From Planctomycetaceae bacterium (lineage in GTDB: Bacteria; Planctomycetota; Phycisphaerae; Phycisphaerales; UBA5793): a stretch of DNA of 64,000 nt. Position 1 is the stretch's first letter, and the number at the start of each line of letters is the position of its first letter. The stretch covers positions 487,017-551,016 of the forward strand of contig JBDZVA010000002.1 of NCBI GenBank assembly GCA_040255465.1. The letters are read 5' to 3'. The position numbers were made by a program, and so were the translations under genes. The notes under the pieces were generated by a model. That model made no database searches. It was not told where the DNA came from and saw nothing but the letters and a program-made list of their open reading frames with translations. Of the stretch, positions 34,861 through 44,382 are shown in pieces.

Positions 34861-37383
34861 ATGTTGGACTGCACGAACGGGAAGTTCTTCTCGCTGGGTT
34901 CGCTCCGATCATATGGGTTGGTCTGTGCCGCCTGCGTTGGCCTGGCAAGCACGGCCTCGGCTCAGCTCGATCTCGATTCATGGGCCAAGGCGCCGCCGGC
35001 CACACCGGCCGCGAATACCGACACCGGAGAGGACCTCGAAGGTCAGGTGGCTGTCTCCGCCTACTCCACGGTCGATATTCATGTCCAGAACACGGATCTC
35101 GCCAAGGTGCTCCAGATGCTCAGCATCCAGAGCCAGCGCAACATCATCGTCTCCAAGAACGTCAGCGGCACCGTCAGCGCCGACCTCTACGACGTGACGT
35201 TCTTTGAGGCCCTCGACGCCATCCTCAACTCGAATGGTTATGGCTACATCGAGGAGGGCGCGTTCATCAAGGTGTACACCCTTGAAGAACTCCGGACCAA
35301 GAGGGAGGAGGCGCGCAAACAGGTGAGCCGAACCTTCCAGTTGAGTTATCTCAATGCGACCGACGCCTCGGTCTTCGTCACGCCGCTGCTCTCTGAGAAG
35401 GGCACGATTGCCATCAGCGCCGACGTGGCGGCCGGATTCAAGCCTGACGAGTCCGATGGCGGATCAGACAGCTGGGCAAACTACTCCACGATGGTGGTCC
35501 ACGATTTCGAAGAGAATATGGACGACATCGCCCGGCTCGTGGACGAACTCGACACCCGTCCCCAGCAGGTTCTCGTCGAGGCGACGGTTCTCCAGAGTTC
35601 ACTCAACGAAGACAATGCGTGGGGCATCGACTGGAGCATCCTGGCTGACGTCGACTTCCTCGACTTCGGCAACCCGCTCTCAACCGTGGACAACCTGCTC
35701 AGTGGCGCAGGCGACGGCGGCTTCCAGCCCGGCGACAACAAGGCGTTCGCGGGTCGCTCGAACGTCGGCCAGACGTCTCGCGCCGGCGGCTTGAAGATCG
35801 GCGTCATCTCCGATGACATCTCCGTCTTCCTGCGCGTGCTGGACGAAGTGACGGACACCACCGTGCTCTCGCGTCCGCGCGTCCTGGCGGTCAACCGCAA
35901 TCGCGGACAGATCCTCATTGGCCGCCGAATCGGCTACCTGTCCACGACGTCGACGGAAACGAGCACGACGCAAACCGTGCAGTTCCTCGATACCGGTACC
36001 CAGTTGATCTTCCGGCCCTTCATTGGCAAGGACGGATTCATCCGCATGGAGCTCAAGCCCAGCGTCTCGGAAGGCATCATCCGCGATGTGACCGGCAGCG
36101 ACGGCAGTACGTTCACGATTCCTGACCAGATCACCAATCAGCTGCAGACCAACGTCGTGGTCAAGGACGGTCACACGATCGTGCTCGGCGGCCTGTTCCG
36201 CGAGGAAACGACGCTCACGCGCCGCCAGGTGCCGATCCTCGGCGATATCCCCGTCATCGGGGCTGCCTTCAAAGGCAAGGAAGACGCAACGCGGCGCAGC
36301 GAGATCACCTTCCTCATCACACCGTCCATCATGAAGGACGAGGTGCTCATGGCCGAGGGCGATCGCGCCAACGAACTGGTCGACGATGCCCGGTTCGCGG
36401 CCCGCAATGGCGTGCTCCAGTGGAGCAACGACCGCCTGACCTCGAATCACAACCTGATGGCCCAGGAGGCGATTGCGGCCGGCGACTTTGAGCTCGCCCT
36501 CTGGCACATCGATCTCTCGCTCCACCTGCATCCGAACCAGCCGCTCGTCATCGAAATGCGCGAGCGCCTGCTCGGCAAGTCGGACAAGTGGTTCAACGGT
36601 TCGATGATGCGTCACCTCACCGACGAGCGCATCAAGTCAAGCATGGCGCCCGCCGGATTGGGCAACGAGACGGCAACGGCCCCCACAGGCTTTGCGACCG
36701 ACCCGCTCGTCGGATCCAAGCCCAGGTCGACCGGCAACGCCACGCCTTCGTCGAACAACACCAACGCGCCGACTCAAACGCCCACGGCGACGCCGGCGTC
36801 CAGCAACCAGACGACCCCCGGTGCAACACCGGCTTCCACCGAACCGGCAACGAAGAGCGAGTCGAAGCAGCAGTCCAGTTCGACCAAGTCCACACCTGGT
36901 TCATCGAAGACGGCTAGCGCATCCTCGACGCCCGCTGCCAAGCACTCCACATCTGCTGCAAACGCTTCGACACGCGGCAATGAGATTCAGTGGGGCGGGA
37001 CGGATGATCCCAACTTCATTGGCCTTGAGCCGTGGTGGGGCGAGTTTACCGCCGCCATCGGGCCCGATGGTCAGCAGGTCTGGGAGAGGACGCCGCCCAG
37101 CTACGGCGAGTCGAGCAACAGTGTGAAGATCAACCCGCAGGGTGACCCCTGTCTGATGGAAGCGCTCAACGGCGGCTCCCAGCGCCAGATTGCTCAGTAC
37201 AACGCCCAGATCGGCCAGACGCTGGCGATCTTTCAATCGCTCAGCCCCATGGGCACGCTCTACTTCGGCCCTGTCTTCTCCCAGTATCAGGCCCAGTACC
37301 AGGCGTGGCTCAATACCCAGCCCGTACAGCAGGGGTACGCCGAGGTGCCGACCGATGGCGAATTCAACGACCCCATCAAGTAA
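34861..37383 (+). CDS. Outer-membrane secretin (PilQ/GspD family) with a long C-terminal extension
   Basis: QVLVEATV, VLSRPRVL, DGHTIVLGGLF, VPILGDIPVIGAAFK and FLITP motifs. Confidence 0.93.
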   Translation: MLDCTNGKFFSLGSLRSYGLVCAACVGLASTASAQLDLDSWAKAPPATPAANTDTGEDLEGQVAVSAYSTVDIHVQNTDLAKVLQMLSIQSQRNIIVSKNVSGTVSADLYDVTFFEALDAILNSNGYGYIEEGAFIKVYTLEELRTKREEARKQVSRTFQLSYLNATDASVFVTPLLSEKGTIAISADVAAGFKPDESDGGSDSWANYSTMVVHDFEENMDDIARLVDELDTRPQQVLVEATVLQSSLNEDNAWGIDWSILADVDFLDFGNPLSTVDNLLSGAGDGGFQPGDNKAFAGRSNVGQTSRAGGLKIGVISDDISVFLRVLDEVTDTTVLSRPRVLAVNRNRGQILIGRRIGYLSTTSTETSTTQTVQFLDTGTQLIFRPFIGKDGFIRMELKPSVSEGIIRDVTGSDGSTFTIPDQITNQLQTNVVVKDGHTIVLGGLFREETTLTRRQVPILGDIPVIGAAFKGKEDATRRSEITFLITPSIMKDEVLMAEGDRANELVDDARFAARNGVLQWSNDRLTSNHNLMAQEAIAAGDFELALWHIDLSLHLHPNQPLVIEMRERLLGKSDKWFNGSMMRHLTDERIKSSMAPAGLGNETATAPTGFATDPLVGSKPRSTGNATPSSNNTNAPTQTPTATPASSNQTTPGATPASTEPATKSESKQQSSSTKSTPGSSKTASASSTPAAKHSTSAANASTRGNEIQWGGTDDPNFIGLEPWWGEFTAAIGPDGQQVWERTPPSYGESSNSVKINPQGDPCLMEALNGGSQRQIAQYNAQIGQTLAIFQSLSPMGTLYFGPVFSQYQAQYQAWLNTQPVQQGYAEVPTDGEFNDPIK

Positions 37384-37447
37384 CGCCGCCGGTCGGCGAT
37401 CGATCAAGATTTGAACCACATGCATCAAACAGGATGAGGCTGAACCC

Positions 37448-38686
37448 ATGAGCATTCCAACGACGATGAGAACTCTTGCAGCCGGATGCGCACTGCTGGC
37501 AATCGGCCTGACGGGATGCTCGACGAACACCGGCGCGGCCGGCAAAGCCCGAAGTGATGCACGCGAGCGATTTGCCAACGGCCGTGCGGAACTCGGGGCC
37601 CAGCAGGCGCGACAGGACTACGAAGTCGGCAACCTCAAGAATGCACTGTTCAACATCGAAGGCGCCATCACGCTCGACCCCGAGCAGCCGAACCACTATG
37701 TCATGAAGGGCCGCATTCTCATCGAGATGAACCATCTCGATCCGGCACTTCAGGCGTTCCGCAAAGCGATCGAACTCAAACCTGACCTCGGCGACGCCCA
37801 CTATTACGCTGGTCTCGTCTATCAGCGCTGGTCCGATCTGCCGCGTGCGGCCGATGAATACCTGGCGGCACTGCATACGAGTGTCTCCAACGCCGACTAC
37901 ATGCTCGCCGCACTCGAGACACTGATCTCGATGCGCCGCCTTGATGAGGCGGAGGCGCTGATCGAATCATCCCGTCCGCATTTCGAGAATAATGCGGCCG
38001 TCAGGCGGTCCCGGGGCCACCTGGCGATGCTGCGTGACCAGCCCGTGCTCGCCGCAGAACACTTCCAGAAAGCCTTGCTGCTCACTCCGGATGACAAGAG
38101 CATCGTGGAAGTGCTCATTCTCGCCTACATGAAGGCCGGCAACTTTGCCAAGGCGGAGTACTACCTCGATCAACTTCTTCGTGATTCCGCCTACGCCTCC
38201 CGTCCGGATCTGCGACATCTCAAGGCGTTGTGTCTGACCGCTGCCGATCGCCTGGTTGAAGCGCGCTCCACTTACCTGAAGCTTGTCGATGATGATCCGA
38301 GCGATCCTCAGATCTGGTTTGAACTCGGCAGCGTGGCCTACAAGCTCGGTGACATGCGCCGCGTGCAGAATGTCGTGAGTCGTACGATCGCCGTGTGGCC
38401 CACCCGATTCGAAAGCTACATGCTTCGCGGCATGGTGGCCGAGCACGACAATCGACTCGATGATGCGATACGAGACTACAAGCGGGCATGCTCGCTTCAT
38501 CCCGCGCATGAAGAGCCCTACATCCTGCTCGGCCTGGCTTTGCGGACCAAGGGGCAGAACGCCGACGCGGCTCAGGCTTTTGAGACCGCGCGGATGATCG
38601 CACCCGACAGTGAGCGGGCCCAGCGCCTCGTCACGCTGGCCGGCGTGGATACCGACTCCGAAATGAACGACTCGCTGAACCGCTGA
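37448..38686 (+). CDS. TPR-repeat lipoprotein (pilotin/PilF-like candidate)
   Basis: Lipobox LTG-C, many TPR units, directly after the secretin. Confidence 0.85.
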   Translation: MSIPTTMRTLAAGCALLAIGLTGCSTNTGAAGKARSDARERFANGRAELGAQQARQDYEVGNLKNALFNIEGAITLDPEQPNHYVMKGRILIEMNHLDPALQAFRKAIELKPDLGDAHYYAGLVYQRWSDLPRAADEYLAALHTSVSNADYMLAALETLISMRRLDEAEALIESSRPHFENNAAVRRSRGHLAMLRDQPVLAAEHFQKALLLTPDDKSIVEVLILAYMKAGNFAKAEYYLDQLLRDSAYASRPDLRHLKALCLTAADRLVEARSTYLKLVDDDPSDPQIWFELGSVAYKLGDMRRVQNVVSRTIAVWPTRFESYMLRGMVAEHDNRLDDAIRDYKRACSLHPAHEEPYILLGLALRTKGQNADAAQAFETARMIAPDSERAQRLVTLAGVDTDSEMNDSLNR

Positions 38687-38715
38687 GCACCTCGCAACAC
38701 AGAGGAGACTGGAGG

Positions 38716-40155
38716 ATGAGACTGGCTTTGACTATCTCGCTGTGCGCGGGCGCGGTGGCGCTGCTCGCCACGTTACTCAGTGCACTGATGGCGGCGGTGC
38801 TCGGCCCCGGCTTTGCATCGATCCAACTGGCGCCACTGCTTCTCGGCGCCGGCATCGCGGGGTTGATCGGTGCGGGAATCGGGTGGGCGGGAGGCTGGTA
38901 CGCCGACAAGCAACTCTCTCGCCTGCGGGCGGTCGTCAGTGCGGTCGAGGTGGCTGAAGCGCCGACGACGCGTCTCGTTGGACCACTGGCGCCGATTGCC
39001 CGGCTTCATCTCGATGTCATCGAGCAACTCGAGCAGGACCGGCGCAGCGCTCGGTCGCAGGTGCGCCAGATCGAGATTCGCAAGCATCTGGCCCAGACCG
39101 AAGTCGAGCACCTCTCGGGCGTGCTGCACTCGCTCCGTGACGCGGTGCTCGTCACCAACGAATTCAATGAACTGGTCATGGCCAACGAAGCCGCGGCTTC
39201 GCTCTTCAAGTTTGATCGCGAAGGTGCGCTGAACAAACCCATTGGCCAGGTTCTGCCCGAGAAGGAAATCGTTTCGCTCATCGGCGAGGCGGCCGTGGCC
39301 GGCAACACCTCGTCTCGCAAGCACACCGAGTGCACCCTCGCACGGGAGCCTGAACCGCTCAGCCTGGAAGTCTCGCTCTCGTCGCTGGCCGACGCCACGC
39401 ATGAAGCGGCGAGCGTCGTGACCATCCTTCACGACATCACGCAGGAACGCCAGGTCAGCCGGATGAAGAACGAGTTCGTCAGCAAGGCCAGTCACGAGCT
39501 GCGCACCCCTTTGAGTTCGATCAAGGCCTACATCGAAATGCTCCTCGATGGCGAAGCCGAGGACGAAAAGGCGCGACGCGAGTTTTACGAGATCATTCAG
39601 CACGAGGCCGAGCGGCTGGGGCGCATGATCGACAACATGCTCAATATCAGCCGGATCGAAGCGGGCATGATCAGCGCGACGTGGGAGAACATCGACATCG
39701 TTCCCATCGCCCAGGAGGCGGTCGAACTGCTCAAGCCGCAAGCGGCGGAGAAAAACATCTCCATCACGTTCCAGCGCCCGCACCAGTCCTGCCATGCCGA
39801 CGTGGACAAGGACATGATCAAGCAGGTGATTACGAATCTCATCTCCAATGCCATCAAGTACACGCCAGAGGGCGGTCGCGTCACCGTGGCGCCGGATCTG
39901 ACAGACTGCGATCGCTCGGTCATCGTGTCCGTGAACGACTCAGGATTGGGTATTCCCCCCGAGTCGCTGCCCAAACTGTTCAGCAAGTTCTATCGCGTTG
40001 ACAAGCACGAGCGCGTCGCCAAGGGAACAGGACTGGGGCTCAATCTCGTCAAGCAGATCGTCGAGGCCGTCCATCACGGCGAAGTCGGAGTCGAAAGCGA
40101 AGTTGGCAAGGGAAGCCGCTTCTGGTTCATCGTCCCATGCAAACAGGGAGCGTAG
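38716..40155 (+). CDS. Membrane PAS-domain sensor histidine kinase
   Basis: Two TM helices, PAS-like segment, H-box SHELRTPL, N-box NLISNAIKY, G1 DSGLGI, G2 GTGLGL. Confidence 0.95.
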   Translation: MRLALTISLCAGAVALLATLLSALMAAVLGPGFASIQLAPLLLGAGIAGLIGAGIGWAGGWYADKQLSRLRAVVSAVEVAEAPTTRLVGPLAPIARLHLDVIEQLEQDRRSARSQVRQIEIRKHLAQTEVEHLSGVLHSLRDAVLVTNEFNELVMANEAAASLFKFDREGALNKPIGQVLPEKEIVSLIGEAAVAGNTSSRKHTECTLAREPEPLSLEVSLSSLADATHEAASVVTILHDITQERQVSRMKNEFVSKASHELRTPLSSIKAYIEMLLDGEAEDEKARREFYEIIQHEAERLGRMIDNMLNISRIEAGMISATWENIDIVPIAQEAVELLKPQAAEKNISITFQRPHQSCHADVDKDMIKQVITNLISNAIKYTPEGGRVTVAPDLTDCDRSVIVSVNDSGLGIPPESLPKLFSKFYRVDKHERVAKGTGLGLNLVKQIVEAVHHGEVGVESEVGKGSRFWFIVPCKQGA

Positions 40156-40157
40156 CA

Positions 40158-40571
40158 ATGCGTAAGACAGGCCAAGGCGCCAAAGACGGGGCGAAGACGA
40201 GAATCCTGGTGGTGGATGATGAAACGTACATTCAGCACGTTGTTCACCTGAAGCTGTCCAACGCCGGGTACGAAGTTCTGACCGCCTCCGACGGCGAAGA
40301 GGGGCTTCAGACGGCGACGGAGGAACATCCCGACCTGATCATCACCGACTACCAGATGCCGTTCCTCACCGGCCTGGAGATGTGCCAGCGCCTGCAGCAG
40401 AACCCGGCGACAGCGTCAATTCCCGTCATCATGCTGACGGCTCGCGGATTTGCCCTTGATGATGCCGATCTGCGCTCCGTCAACATACTCAAGTGTCTCG
40501 GAAAACCCTTCAGCCCACGGGAACTCGTCGCCTGCGTGGCGGCGGCGGTGGGCGCGAAATCTGTTGCATGA
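40158..40571 (+). CDS. Single-domain response regulator
   Basis: ILVVDDE, ITDYQMP, MLTA and KPF motifs; no output domain. Confidence 0.93.
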   Translation: MRKTGQGAKDGAKTRILVVDDETYIQHVVHLKLSNAGYEVLTASDGEEGLQTATEEHPDLIITDYQMPFLTGLEMCQRLQQNPATASIPVIMLTARGFALDDADLRSVNILKCLGKPFSPRELVACVAAAVGAKSVA

Positions 40572-42223
40572 GCGATGCGGCACCGTTGAATCCTCTTGAT
40601 CGCGGCGAACTGCGAGAAGTGCTCGAGCATCTGGCGGAACGCTGTCACTCGCTTCCGGCGGCGATGATCGCGACGGGGCCGGCGTTCGAAGCGCCGCGAG
40701 CCCTCGACAACCAGTTTGCCTGGTTTGTGGATCTCCTCGGTGGGACACAGGCTGTCGTCAGGATGGCGACGGAGCAGATTGGAACGGAGATCGACTCGGC
40801 TCGCGGACTGGCCCTCGAAGTACCACTGCTGCTCATCGTCGTGCCCATTCTCCAGCGCCGCCGACGGGTCGGCTACGTGATCTGCCTCGCGGCCGCCCGA
40901 GAGCTTCCCGATCACCCGCTGATCCGTTCCCTGAAACGACCCGCCAGCAGCAGCGGGCGCGATCCGCGCGCTCAACTGGTGGTGCAGCCGCTGCCGGATC
41001 GGAGCACGATTCCAACGCTGATCCAGGCGGTGGAGTGGTGGTTGCACGATCTGTGTGAATTGCGCGATGCAGCAATGCACATCGAGTCATTCGGCCGCCA
41101 GCTCACCGACGCTTATGAAGAGCTGGCCCTGCTTCAGAAGGTCAGTCGGAACATGAACGTGCTGCGGCAGCCGCGGCAGTTTCTTGAGTCGGTGTGTCAG
41201 GATCTGCTCGAAGTGATGCCGTATCAGTGGACGGCTCTCAAACTGAGCACCAGGAAACAGGGATGCGATGAATTTGCCGATGTCCTGTTCTCGGCCGGCG
41301 ACCTCACCTGCAACCGCGACCAGTTGCTTCGCGTGGTCAGCACGATCATCGACACCCGCAGCGACAGCAAGCCGATTGTCCGTGAGGAAGGATTGAGTTG
41401 CGACTGCCCCGAACTCGAGACAATGGCTCGCTCGGCCATCGTGCAGCCTCTCGCGGATGACCAGACCGTCTATGGCGCGATCATCGTCGGCGGAAAGATC
41501 GGCGAGGATGCGCAGGTCAATTCATTCGACCTGAAGATTCTTGGTGCGACGGCCGAGCACGTTCGCATCTTCTTGAACAACGTCGGACTGTACGACGACC
41601 TCCAGAAGATGTTCCTGGGGACGCTTGAGGCGATCACCGCCTCCATCGACGCCAAGGATCGATACACCTGCGGTCACTCGCGGCGCGTGGCGTACCTCAG
41701 TCGCGAACTGGCTCTGCACGCCGGCCTCGATGCGGCCGTGGTCGAGCGCGTGCACATTGCCGGACTGGTCCACGATGTCGGCAAGATCGGCGTGCCCGAG
41801 GCCGTCCTCTCCAAGCCGGGGCGGCTCACGGACCAGGAGTTTGACATGATCAAGAAGCACCCCGAAATCGGGGTGCGCATTCTGCGCGATATCCCCAACT
41901 TTGACGACATCATCCCGGGTGTCATGTCGCATCACGAGCGCTTCGATGGACGGGGCTATCCGCAACAACTCACCGGCCTCGATATCCCGCTGTTCGGTCG
42001 CATCGTCGGAATCGCCGACGCCTTCGATGCGATGAGTTCGACGCGCACCTATCGCCGGGCTTTGTCTTCCGAAGACGTGCTGGCGGAGATGCGCCGCTGT
42101 GCCGGATCGCAGTTTGATCCGGAACTGATCCCGTACTTTCTTGAAATCAATTTTTCGGTGTACGAGCAGATGCGCGATCGCGATCGCGCCATCGAGCAGG
42201 ACCAGAGTGGAGTGGCGGCATGA
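40568..42223 (+). CDS. HD-GYP phosphodiesterase with a GAF-like N-terminal region
   Basis: YTCGHSRRV, HDVGKIG, HHERFDGRGYP and ADAFDAM motifs. Confidence 0.93.
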   Translation: MSDAAPLNPLDRGELREVLEHLAERCHSLPAAMIATGPAFEAPRALDNQFAWFVDLLGGTQAVVRMATEQIGTEIDSARGLALEVPLLLIVVPILQRRRRVGYVICLAAARELPDHPLIRSLKRPASSSGRDPRAQLVVQPLPDRSTIPTLIQAVEWWLHDLCELRDAAMHIESFGRQLTDAYEELALLQKVSRNMNVLRQPRQFLESVCQDLLEVMPYQWTALKLSTRKQGCDEFADVLFSAGDLTCNRDQLLRVVSTIIDTRSDSKPIVREEGLSCDCPELETMARSAIVQPLADDQTVYGAIIVGGKIGEDAQVNSFDLKILGATAEHVRIFLNNVGLYDDLQKMFLGTLEAITASIDAKDRYTCGHSRRVAYLSRELALHAGLDAAVVERVHIAGLVHDVGKIGVPEAVLSKPGRLTDQEFDMIKKHPEIGVRILRDIPNFDDIIPGVMSHHERFDGRGYPQQLTGLDIPLFGRIVGIADAFDAMSSTRTYRRALSSEDVLAEMRRCAGSQFDPELIPYFLEINFSVYEQMRDRDRAIEQDQSGVAA

Positions 42224-42555
42224 AACTGAAGTACGAAGATCACGACAAGATCTCCATCGTCTCCATCGACGGCGACATGACGTCGGACCACATCGACTCG
42301 TTCCGACGCACAGTCACCGAACGCATTCACAAAGGAACGCGTGATTTCGTATTGCAGATTCAGGGAATGACGTTCATCGACAGCGCGGGGCTCGAGTCGC
42401 TCCTCTGGCTGCAGGAGGCAGCCGCCGAGCATCTTGGACAGATCCGGCTCGTCGCGCCAGAGGACAACATCCGCAAGATCCTGGAGATCACCAGGCTGCA
42501 ACACCAGTTCGACATGCACGACGAAGTGACGGACGCGATTCGCAGCCTTCGCTAG
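42220..42555 (+). CDS. STAS-domain anti-sigma factor antagonist
   Basis: FIDSAGL with the conserved Ser; ILEITRL. Confidence 0.9.
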   Translation: MKLKYEDHDKISIVSIDGDMTSDHIDSFRRTVTERIHKGTRDFVLQIQGMTFIDSAGLESLLWLQEAAAEHLGQIRLVAPEDNIRKILEITRLQHQFDMHDEVTDAIRSLR

Positions 42556-42603
42556 AAAAGTAGAGCGCCGCCGGCCGGCATTCGCGGCCGCAGGGGGTAC
42601 GTC

Positions 42604-44343
42604 ATGATTCAGGCATCCGCCGCAACCGATCGCTGCTCGCTCCGCGACGGCACCAAGATGCAACTTGGTGAGATGCTCCTCGACCGAGGGCTGCTCACCG
42701 AGGAACAACTCAAGGAAGCGCTGGCCGGGCAGGGGCAGGGCGGGCACCGCAAACTCCTCGGTGAAGTGCTCGTCGAGATGGGCTATGTCAGTGAGGACCA
42801 GGTCCTCTCCGTTCTTGCCGAAGCCTACGGCGTGCCCTATGCCAAAGTGTCTCCGAAACTGGCCGATCCGAAGGTCATCGAATCCCTGCCGCGCGAGTTC
42901 CTCGAAACGCACGGCGTATTGCCGCTGTTCCTGGTCCGGGGCCGCCTGACCGTGGCGGTGGCCGAGCCGGCCAATCTCTACCTCGTTGAAGAGATCACGC
43001 GACTGAGCAATCACGATGTCCAGATCGTCGCCAGCGCCGCGACGGACATTCAAAACACCCTGCGCCAGTACCTGCCCGACGCCAATGTCTTCGTCATTGA
43101 CGATATCTACCAGGAGTTGAATGACGACGATTTTGCCGTGGTCGAGCGGCAGATCACGGAGCTCTCGAAACTCGAGGAAGTGGCGGGACACTCGCCGGTT
43201 GTCAAACTGGTCAACTTCCTGATCTACTCCGCCGTGCAGGAAGGCGCTTCGGATATTCACATCGAGCCCGAGAACGGCCGCTTGCGCGTCCGCTACCGTG
43301 TGGACGGCCGACTGTACCAGAAAATCAGCCCGCCGCCCGCCATGCAGCTGGCCATCGTCAGCCGCATCAAGATCATGTCCGGCATGGATATCTCCGAGCG
43401 CCGCCTGCCTCAGGATGGCGACATCCACGTCATGCTCGACGGCCGCCCGGTTGACCTGCGCGTTTCGACCATGCCGGGAAAGAACGGTGAAAAGGTCGTC
43501 GTCCGCATCATCGACAGCAGCAACGTGATCGTCAATGTTGAAAAGCTCGGTTTCACCCCCGACATGCTCAAGACTTGGCGCGGAATCGTCAGTCAGCCCA
43601 ACGGCGTGGTACTCGTGACCGGGCCGACAGGCAGCGGAAAGTCCACGACACTCTACTCGGCGATGGTGGAACTGAACTCCGAGGAAATCAACATCAGCAC
43701 CGTCGAGGATCCGGTGGAGGCGGGCATCGCCGGCATCAACCAGTTCCAGGTCAATGAGAAAGCGGGCTTCACCTTCGCCACGGCGCTGCGGTCGCTGCTG
43801 CGACAGGATCCCGATGTCATCATGGTCGGCGAAATCCGTGATAGCGAAACGGCGCGCATCGTAACGCAGGCGGCGCTGACCGGACACCTCGTGATGAGCA
43901 CCTTGCACACCAACGATGCCCCCAGTGCGGTCACTCGACTCATCAACCTGGGCATCGAACCATACCTCGTCGCCGCGATTGTCCGAGGCGTTCTGGCCCA
44001 GCGGCTCGTTCGAAAGATCTGCGTGCACTGCAAGGAGCCGGTCGAGGTCGACGCCATTACGCGAAAAGCGGTCGAGCAGTCCATCGGCAAATTCGAGACG
44101 CTCTACCACGGCGCGGGCTGCACCAAGTGCCGCGCCACGGGCTACTCCGGCCGCGTTGGAATCTTTGAACTGTTCATACCGAGCGAACATGTGCTCGAAG
44201 CCATCGGCAAGGGCGCCAATCTGCATGAGTTGCGGGCGGTGCTTAGCAAGGTCAAGTATGTCAACTTGCGTCAGGATGGGTTGCGCAAGGCCGTCGAGGG
44301 GCTGACAACCGTTGAGGAAGTCTTCTTCTCGACCGCTCTCTAG
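42604..44343 (+). CDS. pilB: Assembly ATPase PilB/GspE with an MshEN-like N-terminus
   Basis: ASDIHIEP, GPTGSGKSTT, TVEDPVE, LRQDPDVIMVGEIRD, TLHTND, and CxxC...CxxC. Confidence 0.95.
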   Translation: MIQASAATDRCSLRDGTKMQLGEMLLDRGLLTEEQLKEALAGQGQGGHRKLLGEVLVEMGYVSEDQVLSVLAEAYGVPYAKVSPKLADPKVIESLPREFLETHGVLPLFLVRGRLTVAVAEPANLYLVEEITRLSNHDVQIVASAATDIQNTLRQYLPDANVFVIDDIYQELNDDDFAVVERQITELSKLEEVAGHSPVVKLVNFLIYSAVQEGASDIHIEPENGRLRVRYRVDGRLYQKISPPPAMQLAIVSRIKIMSGMDISERRLPQDGDIHVMLDGRPVDLRVSTMPGKNGEKVVVRIIDSSNVIVNVEKLGFTPDMLKTWRGIVSQPNGVVLVTGPTGSGKSTTLYSAMVELNSEEINISTVEDPVEAGIAGINQFQVNEKAGFTFATALRSLLRQDPDVIMVGEIRDSETARIVTQAALTGHLVMSTLHTNDAPSAVTRLINLGIEPYLVAAIVRGVLAQRLVRKICVHCKEPVEVDAITRKAVEQSIGKFETLYHGAGCTKCRATGYSGRVGIFELFIPSEHVLEAIGKGANLHELRAVLSKVKYVNLRQDGLRKAVEGLTTVEEVFFSTAL

Positions 44344-44382
44344 CACCATCTGTCGGGCGCGACGAATCTGGAGATCTGAACC

